NCBI GenBank assembly: GCA_030390025.1
Contig: JASTWF010000230.1
Location: forward strand, 124,001-188,000
Length of the DNA: 64,000 bases
Direction: 5' to 3'
Origin: Squalus acanthias
Taxonomy: Eukaryota
Both the position numbers and the translations under genes were made by a program. Shown here one piece after another: positions 1-11,973 of this stretch; the stretch's first letter is position 1; every line of letters starts with the position of its first letter. The notes below the pieces were generated by a model, which did not search any database, had not been told where the DNA came from, and worked only from the letters and a program-made list of their open reading frames with translations.

Positions 1-599
1 GTGACGTTACGGAGGCTGATGTGGACAATCATTGCGATGGAAGTATATGGGGTGAAAGGATATGAGGTTCCATCATGAAGCTAATGCAGAGGCTGCGAAG
101 TGTTTGCTTGTGACTGAGACTGTTGCAATGGAGGCGGGTAGAATTAGTGGTCCGGGAACAGAGTTAGCGACAGGGATAAATATTAAAGGTAAAGCTAGCA
201 TATGCTATATGCTTTGATAGCCTGTCACATATATAGTGAGAAGAAAAAATCACTGATTACCAAAATAAATATATTTGCATTTGCAGCCTTGTTCTCAATT
301 TGTCCCTGGTGTATTCACTGAACCCTTCGGATGTGGCATTAGATTAATAATTTGCAATTTTCTAATGCTTTCCTCATTTGCAAGACGAGTTATCCATGCG
401 ATTTCGTAATTAGCGCTGATGAGCAATTCATAAAGTGCTTTGTTTATCACAGTCACTTCTCTCCCTATTTGTTTATTCTTAACCATCCTGCTGCAATATG
501 CACACCTTGAATCATTGTCATGTCATTCTATGTGAATTAAACCACTTCTTCAGTAGGATCACTGCCTACAAACTTGTGATGGCCGAATGTTACATATGA

Positions 600-2520
600 G
601 GACTGCAAAAATCTAACCTTTAGTATTGCACAAAGAGATTCCTGAAATATTGAGGAGGTTATTGGGAAGTTGTGGAAGGTTATGGAGAGTATTATTGTGA
701 AGTCCCTTGGATAAGTAGAAACACTAAGAGGAGAGTTAAAAAGTGGCACGTGAGAAATCTAAAGATAAGATTAGATTAAAGATGAAGAACGGAATCATCT
801 TCAGGAAGATGAATGAAGGAAGGAGATGCTAACCAACGACTTTGTCTCGGCTTTTAAAAAAATACATTAGTGGGAGTTGAAAGGTACAAGGGGAGAATGC
901 GGAGCAGCTCAATATGAAAACTATAGATAAGGAAGGAGTGCTGAAAAAATTATGGAAGTCAAAAGATGGCCTGTATCCTAGAATGTTGAGAACAGACATG
1001 CAACAAATAGTAGATGCTCTGACCACAAACTTTCAAACATCCTGGGATATGAAACCTGTGCCAGAGGACTAATATATTATCTTTGTTCAAGAAGGGAGAG
1101 AAGTATTATTGGTGGGCAGTCGCCAATCGCCGGTAGTGGGTCATTTTCAACAGTCAGAAATTAACATTCACTAACAGAGAAATCTTTTAATTAAAGACAC
1201 CTCGCACGGGTCTGTAAAGGACAAGTTCTCCCTGACAGATATACAGAGTTCTTCGAAGAACTCTGCACATTTCCAGTTCAGTTCTGGGCACCACACCTCA
1301 GGAATGATATATTAGCCTTGAAGGGGGTGCAGTGCAGGTTCACCAGAATTATACCAGGGCTAAAAATGTTAAATTATGTGGACAGGTCGCATAGGCTAGG
1401 CTTGTATTCCCTTGAACATAGAATATTAAGTGGTGATTTAACTGATGTGTTTAAGATGATTAAAGGGTTTGATGGTGTGGATAGAGAGAAAATATTTCCT
1501 GGGAGTATCAAGAACAGCGGGGCATAACCTTAAAATTAGAGCTCGACCGTTCAAGGAAGAATTCCGGAAGCACTTCTTCACAAATCTGTTGCGGAAATCT
1601 GAAATTATTTCCTCCAAATGGCTGTTGCGCCTATGCCAACTGTAAAGTGCAAAAATAACATAGATAGATTTTTGTCATGTGTGGGTATTAAGGGTTACGG
1701 AACTAAGGCGTGTAGATGTACTAAAGCTACAATTTGGCCTTGATTACATTGAAGGGCGGAATAGGCTCACGGGGCTGAATATCCTATTCATGTTCCTACG
1801 AAATAACGGAGCGTATAAATAAAACAAATGCAGTGGATGTTGTGTATATTGATGTTCAAAAGGCGGGTGATACAATGCCAGATAACGGGTTTGTTGATAA
1901 AGTAAAGGTGCGTATTATTGAAGAGAGGATAGAAACTTGGGGAAGAGCTTCACTAAAGGACATAAAGCAGGGGACAGTGGTTAATAATGCAAAATCGGAT
2001 TGGAGGAATGTAAGCTCGAGGTTTCTTAAAGGTTCAGTATTCGAACTATATGTAATAGGATTCGAGTACAGGAGGCTCAATGTCATAATTTTAAAATGAA
2101 TTCAGCAGTTCCCAGACAGTTTAGTAGATTGGGCAGGTAGATGGCAGATGACATGCAATATGGAGAATATAAAGTGATATATTTTGAGAGGAAGAATGAG
2201 ATAACATATTTATTAAATTGTAATGTTTTTAAAGGAGAAGAAGAATAGAGAGACACAGGTGTTCAGATAGACAGATCATTAAAAGTGGAAGGCTGTTAAT
2301 TCAACGTACGGGATGCTAGGCTTTCTCAGCAGGGGTAGCGAATGCTAAAGAGAAAGGAAAGAGAACCCTACATTTAAAAATCATTGTTTAGGCCTAAATT
2401 TAAGATTATGTCCCGTTTTGTTGCCTTACGTTAGGAAGGCTGTCAAGGCCATGGAGAGGGTGCAGAAGGGATTCACCGAGATAATGCCTCAGACGGGAAG
2501 CTCTAGTAATGAGAAGAACA
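600..2520 (+). mobile_element. Degenerate, nested CR1-clade LINE ORF2 fragments in the J-C1 intron
   Basis: Remnant CR1 ORF2 motifs in short ORFs (VQCRFTRIIPGL, LGLYSLE, VDVVYIDVQKA); many stops and frameshifts. Confidence 0.8.
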
Positions 2521-2529
2521 TAACAACCG

Positions 2530-3248
2530 GAGCAACTTGCATTTATATAGCGCCTTTAACGTAGTAAAATGTACCAAGGCACTACACAGGGGGCTTGCTG
2601 AACAAAATTTGACACCGAGACACATACGGGGATATTAGGACAGGTGACAAAAAGCTTTGAAAAGAGGTAGGTATCCAGGAGCATTTTAAATGAGGATAGA
2701 GAGAAGAGCGCCGTAGAAGTTTATTGAGAGAATTCCAGAGCTTAGTACCTAGGTATGGCCGCCAATGGCGAAGAAATGGAAATCGGGAATGCGCAAGAGG
2801 ACAGAATTGGAGGAGCGCAGACCTCTCGGAGGGTTTTAGGGCTGGAATATCTGACAGAGATACCACAAGGATAAGATGCCAATGTAGGTCAGCGAGTACG
2901 TCCTGCGAGTTACGTTCGGGACAGCAAAGTTTTGGATCAGCTCAAGATTACGAAGGGTGACTGGTGGGAGGCCAGACAGGATCGCGTTGGAATATTCAAG
3001 TCTAGAGGTGACAGAGGCATGGATGAGGGTTTCAGCAGCCGATAGGCTGAAGCAGGGGCAGACTCGAACAATTAAACGGAGGCAGAAATAGGAGCACTTG
3101 GTGACGGCGAGGATATGGGGTCGAAAGCTCAGCTCCGATTGAAGTTGGACATGGAAGTTGCGAACAGTCTGATTCAGCCTGAGACAGTGGCCATGGAGGA
3201 GAATGGAGACGGTGGTCAAGGAACAAAGTGAAACTTGGGCTCTTTTCA
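2530..3248 (-). mobile_element. L2-clade LINE 3' fragment
   Basis: Minus ORF with AETLIHASVTSRLEYSNAILSGLP...LELIQN, typical of the L2 ORF2 C-terminus; tail sequence also seen at ~45420 and in the opposite orientation at ~14050. Confidence 0.8.
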
Positions 3249-4708
3249 TGAGAACAAACTGCAGTAAAATTATGAAGCATTTGATAAGCTAAATGGAAAT
3301 AAACTACGTGCATTGGTCGGTAACTAAAGGGTATAATTTCAAAATCTTCAGCCAAAGAACGAAAAGAGAGATAAGGAGAGCTATTTTCTTTTAGAGAGGG
3401 TTGCTAGGACACGGGACGTCCTACCACAAACAGAATCAGCACATTATTTTAAAAAGGAGGTAGACAAACATTTGAAAATCGAAGTATGGGGAAAGGACAG
3501 GGAAATAGTGCTTAAGAATAAAATTTCTGCTGCGCCGCACCTTAACGAACTGCGCAATCCCAGCCGTGATTCTCCATTCACTATAGTGAATTAATATAAA
3601 ATACAGGCCGGGAATGGGCAATTGCTCCATGTGCGCTCCCGGCGTCCGCCACCAGGGGCGCAGCGGTGTTTCTACTCCTTAGTGGATTGCTCTTGTTCAG
3701 AGCCGGCAGTGGCGCCCTGATCTGAATGAATCCTTCGGTGCTGTAAATGCTAGGATTCTATCGGTCCCTCAGCTAGCATTACCAAACCTCACTGCTGTCT
3801 CTGATCCCTGAGTTACGAAATAAAACTGCTCCAACAGCAGGAAAATTAAAAGAGGCTATTGGTAGCAATAATCGATATACATTTAATATCTGACGCCAAA
3901 TCGAGAGTACAGATGTTTTCGGCAAGGTGCATTGATCATCCTTCACTCCGAAATTAACAATGATCAGAATATTATTTGAATGTTCATTCATTACCAGAAC
4001 CTCTTTATCCTAACACGCCCACTGTAATGTCGTCACAATTCCTCCCAGCTTCAATACACCACAGCCACACAGCAATAGTAAATGGTAGTTTGTTAAACAC
4101 AGAGTCGCTGGGAAAGTGGCAACGCCAGTTGGTATAATAACTTATCACGCTGTGGCCTTGGACTTTGTCCTTTCCCGTAATAAAACAATGCAACTCGTAA
4201 AACAATAATATATTGTTGAATGTGAATGGATCAGTAACATTTCAGATGAGGTTAATTTTAATAATAAACTCTTATATGTCACCAAAGTGTGTTAAACATT
4301 GCCGATCCCGTGGCTGCGAGCCAATCACATCATCTTAATCAATAGCTGGACCCTAGTTTTCAAAATATTTCAGGTGGTGTCAAATTTCACAGCGATGTTA
4401 AGGGAAGTAAAACAAACGACAATTATCCACAGACAATACGTTCAATACATAAAAGAAGGAAGACTTGAATTTCTATCGCGCCTTTTACGTCATCAGGACG
4501 TCCCAAAGCGCTTTATAGCCAACGACATATTTTTGAAGTGTAGTCACTGTTGCAATGTAGTAAACGCGGCAGCCAATTTGTGCACAGCACGATTCCTAAA
4601 ACAGCAATGTGATAATGCGTTGGTTGAGGGATAAATATTGGCCAGGACACGGTAGAAATGGTCTAATCTTCATGATAGAAGGAAGTAAGTCTTTCTTTGT
4701 AATTTTAG

Positions 4709-5029
4709 CACCACAAAATATACCACCAATCATCAGTCTCCTCTACTCTGCAACTGACGAACTGAGAGAAAAGGGTTTTGTGCAACTGGTTTGCCTCATC
4801 AGCGAATACCAGCCAGAAAGCATTGGAGTGAGCTGGGAGAAGAACGGAAACGCCATACAGTCTGGCTTTACCACCTCATCCCCAGCTAAAAATTCGAACG
4901 GAGACTTTAGCTCCACGTTCCTCCTTCAAGTCCCCCTGCAGGAATGGGCCAGCGGTTCAGTGTACAGCTGTCAAGTGTCCCACTCTCCAACCAGCAGTAA
5001 CCAGCGGAAAGAAATTAGATCAACATCAG
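4709..5029 (+). CDS. IgNAR: IgNAR heavy chain constant exon C1
   Basis: ttttag|CA acceptor and G|GTGAG donor, phase 1-1, 321 bp; PPIISLLYSATDELREKGFVQLVCLIS...YSCQVSHSPTSSNQRKEIRSTS matches shark IgNAR C1. Confidence 0.96.
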
Positions 5030-5669
5030 GTGAGCAAATGTAACCAATTCATAAGCTTGCACTGGTGAAACTTTCTCACTTTCTTTATCAGTATTGGATT
5101 AATTGCGATGTTATTGGATAATCTAACGATAAGGATTCAACTTCCCTGAACTGGTCCTGAGTGAGATCCGTGCCATTTTAGGGGCAGTGAAATGCTACCT
5201 TCAAAATATTGGGATTTGTTTCAGCGGCAATGGCCGAGGTAACTGAAGGTGATCTTTCAAAGAGCCGGCACAGGCACGGTGGGCCGAATGGCCTCCTTCT
5301 GTGCTGTATCATTCTCTCATTCTATGTTTCAGCGGCAATGGCTGAAGTCCCTGAAGGCGCTCGCTGAATGGTGGATGTTGCAAAAAGCAGATATAAGAAG
5401 TCTTGAAACATACACGAATATTGTGCTGCGGTCACCGAACACATCGAGCATAATATCGATGATATTACAAACAATTTATAACGGATTGTGATAGACCCCA
5501 TTGAATTCATTCACCAAATCAATCCGGGCGAAACAGAACAGAAAGACAGAGCGTAGGTTGGAGTTTACACAAAGAGGATCAAACATTAACAGTGCGGTTC
5601 TATTACTAGTTACACTTGTGAGAATTTATTGTATTTGCTGCTGGATATCGGCACAAAAATGAAACGGGT

Positions 5670-6930
5670 GAGAGGGGGANNNNNNNNNNNNNNNNNNNNN
5701 NNNNNNNNNNNNNNNNNNNNNNNNNNNNNNNNNNNNNNNNNNNNNNNNNNNNNNNNNNNNNNNNNNNNNNNNNNNNNNNNNNNNNNNNNNNNNNNNNNNN
5801 NNNNNNNNNNNNNNNNNNNNNNNNNNNNNNNNNNNAGAGAGTCAGCGAAACAAAGACAGAGCGAGAGAGACAGAGAGAGTGAGATAGAGTGACAGAGNNN
5901 NNNNNNNNNNNNNNNNNNNNNNNNNNNNNNNNNNNNNNNNNNNNNNNNNNNNNNNNNNNNNNNNNNNNNNNNNNNNNNNNNNNNNNNNNNNNNNNNNNNN
6001 NNNNNNNNNNNNNNNNNNNNNNNNNNNNNNNNNNNNNNNNNNNNNNNNNNNNNNNNNNNNNNAAGACAGAGCGAGAGAGATAGAGAGAGTGAGATAATGA
6101 GTGANNNNNNNNNNNNNNNNNNNNNNNNNNNNNNNNNNNNNNNNNNNNNNNNNNNNNNNNNNNNNNNNNNNNNNNNNNNNNNNNNNNNNNNNNNNNNNNN
6201 NNNNNNNNNNNNNNNNNNNNNNNNNNNNNNNNNNNNNNNNNNNNNNNNNNNNNNNNNNNNNNNNNNNNNNNNNNNNNNNNNNNNNNNNNNNNNNNNNNNN
6301 NNNNNNNNNNNNNNNNNNNNNNNNNNNNNNNNNNATCTGTCACTAGATTAAACTGACAGATACGATCACAAAACCCTGCAACAATAAGCTGATCTTTCTT
6401 TTAAAGATATTCTTTAAAAAGACCTGGGTAAGGGCCAGGGATATATGACTAATTAGAGAGCACTTTCAGGGATCTCCCAGACACGATGGTCCGAATGCCT
6501 TCTACCCTGTGGAATTAATTTATTCTCTCTCTCGCTGCCTCCCTCTCTATATCTATCTTTGTCTCTGTCTCTCTGTCCCCCTCTATCACACTTCCTATCT
6601 CTCAATGTCTGCCTCGGACTCACTCTCTCTGTCTCTGTCTCTCTCTCCTCCTCGATGTATCTCTGTCTCTCTCGCTGTCTCTAATCTCTCTTTCTCTCTC
6701 TCTGCCTCTCACCCTTTCTCTGTCTGACTCTGTCTTTTTGTCTCTCTCGCTCTCTTTATATATCCGTCTCTGTCTGTTCTTCTCTCTCTGGCTCTCTCTC
6801 TCTCTGCCTGTCTGTCTCTCTGTCTGTCTCTCTATCTCTCTGTTTCTCTCTATGTCTCTGTCTCTCTGTGTCTTTTTTCTCCCTGTCTCTGTATCTCTCT
6901 CCCTCTCTTTATGTCTCTCTGTCGCTCTCT
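5670..6930. repeat. GA-rich then CT-rich low-complexity tracts with three N runs in the C1-C2 intron
   Basis: AGAGAC-like sequence between the N blocks (5670-6105) and a CTCTGT-like tract (6520-6930). Confidence 0.9.
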
Positions 6931-7141
6931 CAGTTTTGATGAGTTTTACAAAGTTAGGATGCGACTCAACATAGGTGGAAAAACCAAAATAAGGTTTTAA
7001 ATTCAATAATAATCAGCAGAGACATGATCACATCCTGCCATGCTCTCGATTATCACTGAAATTAAAATCCATGTTAAAGGTCCGAACTCGTCAACACTGA
7101 AATATTGCCCCGATTCTGAACCTCTGGTTTCTCACTGACAG

Positions 7142-7444
7142 GGCTCGCAGTTTTTCTCAGAGATCCTTCCGTGGAAGAAATTTGGATCAATAAAACTGCC
7201 ACCCTGGTGTGTGAAGTGGTCTCTACAGTTCCCACGGAGGTTGTGATCTCTTGGACAGTGGATGGAAAGATGAGGACTGAAGGAGTTCTGACCGAACCAG
7301 CTACAAAGTATGGAGCCCAGTACCTGACCATCGGCCGCATGACCAGCAGCGTGGAAGAGTGGGAGAGCGGGGTTGAATACTCGTGTTCGGCACAGGAGGG
7401 TCAATCATCGACTGCGGTATCAAAACGAACAGGAAAGGCAAAAG
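7142..7444 (+). CDS. IgNAR: IgNAR constant exon C2
   Basis: acag|GG acceptor, G|GTGGGT donor, 303 bp; GLAVFLRDPSVEEIWINKTATLVCEV...EEWESGVEYSCSA. Confidence 0.95.
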
Positions 7445-7519
7445 GTGGGTAACAATCTACAGCCTTGTTTTCGAGTGGCAGTGGATGGGAGACTAACACT
7501 GGGTGAACTTCTGTTACAG

Positions 7520-7837
7520 TCGAGCCAGTGACGCCAAAGCTCCGCCTCCTGCCTCCATCGCCAGAGGAGATTCAAAGTACGAGCGCCGCTACTCTCACCT
7601 GTTTGATAAGAGGTTTCTACCCGGACAACATCACCGTTTCCTGGGAGAAGGACGGAGCTGCTTTGGGCGCGAACGTCACCAGTTCCCCCACTGCTCTTGA
7701 ACAGGACCAGACCTTCAGCACAAGGAGCCTCCTCACTTTACCTTTAGCGGAATGGAAGAGAGGATCAACATACACCTGTGCCGCCTCACATCCACCTTCA
7801 CAATCCACCGTGAAGGGGGCCATCAGCAGCCCGAAAG
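7520..7837 (+). CDS. IgNAR: IgNAR constant exon C3
   Basis: ttacag|TC acceptor after a 75-bp intron, G|GTAGG donor, 318 bp; LRLLPPSPEEIQSTSAATLTCLIRGFYP...YTCAASHPPSQSTVK. Confidence 0.96.
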
Positions 7838-9352
7838 GTAGGGACAGTTCCTCAAAATACATTCACACAATCAGCGCTTTGTACTTACATCTAAAGCCAA
7901 CATTGAACAATGCAGGCCCTAGTGATCAGATTACTCTAGGTTTAGGGTATAACAAACTGTAGGGATATTAATTAATGCGCCCTTAACTCACAGGCGGCGA
8001 GTAGACGATAAAATGATCAGCGCGCAATATGTGCGCCGCCACAAGCTATGTGAGGACCAATGGTAAGAAGAGCACAGGATCAGGATTTGCTAACTTCACT
8101 GCATGTTACCCTGGTGACCGTGGGCTGTCTTTAAACAGCAATATGCAGTGGCTAAAGACACAGTGTCCCACACTATGTGGGGATTAGACTTTGAATGGTG
8201 TTTGCTTCACTCTGCACTTCCTGATTTAAGGCTAGCACAACACTGAGTGGTTGCAGGCAGTGAATTAAAAGACAAAAACAGCCAGTTATCAGGTGGCGCA
8301 ACCAATTAATGTGAGTAACTTTGTACATTTCAAGTATTCAAATCTCTGCACCGCCAGCGTTAGATGTCACAGGAGGAGATAAATAATGTCTTCATGTTCT
8401 GAACCCTGTTATTTGACCTTCAGTTTTTGATGATTACAATCTCCGCTTCTGTGATTACTTTTCCATCTCCATTTATTTTTATTCAATCAAATCAAAATGT
8501 GTGCACAATAACCCTCCGTGCGAGGGACGGAGAGGCATTCGAACTTCCCTGGATCTTAGGTTGGAACCCCGTTTTCTGCTGAGTTCGTTGATCTCACCTG
8601 GTGGCGTCCCGGGCCTTATAATCGGTCTCAGTGTCGCATGATTCGTGAAGTGGCAAAGCCCCTGGTTCCGCTCCTGATCTATGGTAACTGCGCCGGGGAT
8701 CAATCTGGTGACGACAAGATAGGACTTGTCTGCGATGCCCTCGCGGTACAACAGCCTGCTGATACTCATTGTGAACGATGACTTACGCCGCATATTCCAT
8801 TGGCTGAGGTACCAGAGGGCGACTAACAGATCTCATACAGCAGTGAGGAAAGGAGAGGATACAATAGGGCCAATACTGCTGTTAGGCGCAGTCACAGACA
8901 CTTAATACTCGAGATCCTCCGATTGCTAAGCAGCTGTTCACTGTAATTCGCGAGCCATGTGCACAAAGCAGCCCCTGTGTTCCGTCGCCGGTCTTTGCTG
9001 AGTGAACTGATCTCAACTAGTGGCTTTTTGGAAGTTGCAGTGGCCTAGGCACATCCGGGTCACTGAGGAGACACCCGTTCTTTTCTCTTCCTCCTATCTG
9101 AGGAGGGCTGGTGGAAGTCAGCGTGTTGGCACCTGTGCTGAGCGCACGACTGGACGGGGCTCTTTCTGCGGATCCACTAAGAATGGCCGCTTGAGAGAGA
9201 TACTCAAGGCGACGTTCCTCAGTGGGGCCTGTACCAGATAACAATAAAACCAGGCATTTAATGAGCACCTTTAAGCGCCTTGTGCCGCTTCACAGAGTTG
9301 TAAGGAAAGTGACAGGAAATGAATGTAAAGTTGCCCATTGTCTTTATTTTAG

Positions 9353-9444
9353 AAGACTGCGGTGAAGATTTCAGTGTTGAAATTAGCACATTTCCTACAC
9401 GTGAATATTCTGCTGTTGATTGCTTCAAATTAGATCCGTGTTGA
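9353..9444 (+). CDS. Candidate alternative IgNAR exon: C4-like Cys linker (9353-9400) with read-through tail to TGA at 9442-9444
   Basis: tctttattttag acceptor in phase 1; encodes (E)DCGEDFSVEISTFPT|REYSAVDCFKLDPC*; aligns with the C4 start VDCHEVDISVKI; phase-1 donor C|GTGAAT at 9400/9401. Confidence 0.6.
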
Positions 9445-10314
9445 AACTCAGTTTACTGTTTAAACTTGTGAAGATGATTGATTTTATTACACTCAGTCAT
9501 CTGACATTCTCATTAATTCTCACTCTCCTAACATTTTGATTTACTGCCAAAGGATGGTAATCTTGGGTAATGAAGATATCGCCAAACCCCTTCAAAAGGA
9601 GTGATCTTGTAACATACAGTGTGAAATATGTCCCACTGTTTTATGAAGGGGTGGTAACTGAACGCATTTCAATCAGGGATCCCAGTAGAAAAGTACATGT
9701 TCATAATGAGAGTCTGGGAGGGGAGACAATGGAAGTGATTATAAACAGTCCGGCAACAGTTTCTACAACACTCCCCTACGGAGCATTGGCATCATTGAGA
9801 GAAATGGACGAATTTTACTGTAAGATTAGGAAACAAAGTTACAATGTTGGACATGTGCAATTGGCACGTCACTTTAGTTCACTTTGGGGGTGTTGGGAAT
9901 TTCAGAGTTGACGTCCTGGGGAATATAATGAAGGCGGCTGCTATCATTTTTAGAGTAATACATTGAGCTTTTAGTCGGTAAAAAGAGGGACAATTTTCAT
10001 TCTTTTAGTTGTTTTGTCATGCATAAATAAAGGAAGGATTTGTACATCCAGAGGGCCATTTTACTTTAAAGCTGAAGGCATGTTTTCCAATTTCTGGTAG
10101 TAATTCGCTTTCAGTTGACAAGGTACGGATACTAGAGAAGACTTTCCCACTGTCACTAATGTCAATATCGAGTACTTCCGGTCAGGTATCTCATGGTAAA
10201 ACTATATACTGTCTCACTTTACACTCTTCAAACAATGGTGTCTTGAACCTCAACCTTCACAAGAGCGCTCCTTCCTAGCCCTGAGTGGCAGTTCCTATAT
10301 TATTTCTAAACACA

Positions 10315-10740
10315 TTAGCACTGGTGCCTCACAGCGCCAGGGACCCGGGTTCGAATCTGGCCTCGGGTGACTGTCTGTGTGGAGTTTGCACATTCTCCCC
10401 GTGTCTGCGTGGGTTTCCTCCGGGTGCTCCGGTTTCCTCCCACAGTCCAAAAATGTGCGGGTTAGGTTGATTTGGCTATGATAAATTGACCCTTAGTGTT
10501 AGGGGGGGATTAAATATGTGGGGTTATGGGGATAGGATGGGATATGTTAGGGGGAATTAAATACGTGGGGTTACGGGGATAGGGTGGGATATGTGTCGGT
10601 GCAGGCTCGATGGGGATTCTGTGTGAGAAAGCAGGGACAGGGTACTGGATTTGGATGATCAGCCATGATCGTATTGAATGGTGGAGCAGGCTCGACGGGC
10701 TGAATGGCCTACTCCTGCTCCTAGTTTCTATGTCTATGTT
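10315..10740 (+). mobile_element. HE1-type (V-SINE) tRNA-derived SINE, 5' truncated
   Basis: tRNA-like head, core GGAGTTTGCACATTCTCCCCGTGTCTGCGTGGGTTTCCTCCGGG, CR1-derived tail ending in (TTTCTATG)-like repeats. Confidence 0.88.
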
Positions 10741-11296
10741 TAAAAAATTCCACTCTCTAAGTGAAACAGCGAAATCGGTGTCAAATGATGCAGAACATCT
10801 GCAGAGTGGTGCTGATGCTGAGGGCACGTTTCCATTCATTGGTCAGGCCTGGGCAAGCTCATTTCAGACCCAACCATTAGGACTGGAATAGAGAGGACTT
10901 TTAGTCACTTTAGATGAGCTGTATTGGAACCCGCCACATACAGACCACAGGCGCAGCGTTTGGCCTCCAGCATCAGTCAGTCTGATGGGTGAAGATTTGC
11001 AACCCGGGAGCGGGGGCAATTAGCCCCCATTAAATCCCAGGCAGGGCAATGCTCGAGCTGTGGAATAAATGATCGGAAATATTATCGAGGACATCATCCA
11101 AAGAAGCCAGTGGGATGAAATCAACGAGAGCAGAAGGGTGGTGTACCATCTTATTAGCTAAGCAAAAATAACCTGAGAAAAGTCATAACTTACGACAGTA
11201 AGTGGAATTTTTTAACATCTCCGTGAGTGTGTTGCATTTGTTGTTACCCGTGGTTTCAACATGACAGTTTGAAATAACCACTCGGTCTTTTTCCAG

Positions 11297-11617
11297 TTGA
11301 TTGTCATGAGGTAGACATTTCTGTCAAGATACTGAACCCTCCCTTTGAAGAGATTTGGACCCAACGGACAGCGACCATTGTTTGTGAAGTTGTTTACAGC
11401 GATTTAGAGAACGTCAGCGTGTCCTGGCAAGTGGATGGCAGTCGGAGAACGGAAGACGTCGAGACTCGGACTTCTGAGTGGAGTGGAAGTAAATCCGCCA
11501 TCGTTAGCAAACTGAAAGTCACCAGGGCAGAGTGGGAGAGTGGTGTTGAATATCTCTGCTTCGTAGAAGACAGTGAATTGCCAACACCAGTGAAAATCTC
11601 CACCAGAAAAGAAAAGG
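11297..11617 (+). CDS. IgNAR: IgNAR constant exon C4
   Basis: ttttccag|TT acceptor, G|GTAAG donor, 321 bp; VDCHEVDISVKILNPPFEEIWTQRTATIVCEV...YLCFVEDSELPTPVK. Confidence 0.96.
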
Positions 11618-11973
11618 GTAAGCACAGATAATACTCGCATATAGTTAATGAAATATAGTCTGGGATCACCTGCCTTTCACCACACGGGTAAAGACCAGCA
11701 TGAAAAATATAAACCGTTTGAAATTGTTGCGTCCCAACAGTCTCAGTGATTTTTAAACATGTGATTGTCTCCAACTCTTTGCAAACTAACATCAGACCAC
11801 AATAAAACACAACTTAAGAAGACACCCCTGACCACGCAGAGAAATGTGTAAACTCTCACAGATAGGAAACAAGTTCAACTGCCCAAGTGTGGAGTATTAC
11901 TAACAGAGGGGGATGGGAAATGAAGATCGGACAAGAGAGAGACTCAGTTTAACAAATATTCTTCTCTTTGCAG

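Noticed and set aside
1-4700. IgNAR V, D or J segments or RSS
   Set aside because: No J motif (G-x-GT) next to a heptamer-spacer-nonamer was seen; the region is intron filled with LINE debris
5606-7006. ORFs containing X or ER/SL repeats
   Set aside because: Artefacts of N runs and microsatellite sequence
7150-7161. Alternative C2 acceptor TTTTTCTCAG at 7160
   Set aside because: Wrong phase; the 7142 acceptor restores the conserved AVFLRDP start
8479-9268. GC-richer stretch with 70-100 aa ORFs and a ~28-bp imperfect direct repeat (8578, 8997)
   Set aside because: No Ig-domain or other recognisable motif; probably an old repeat
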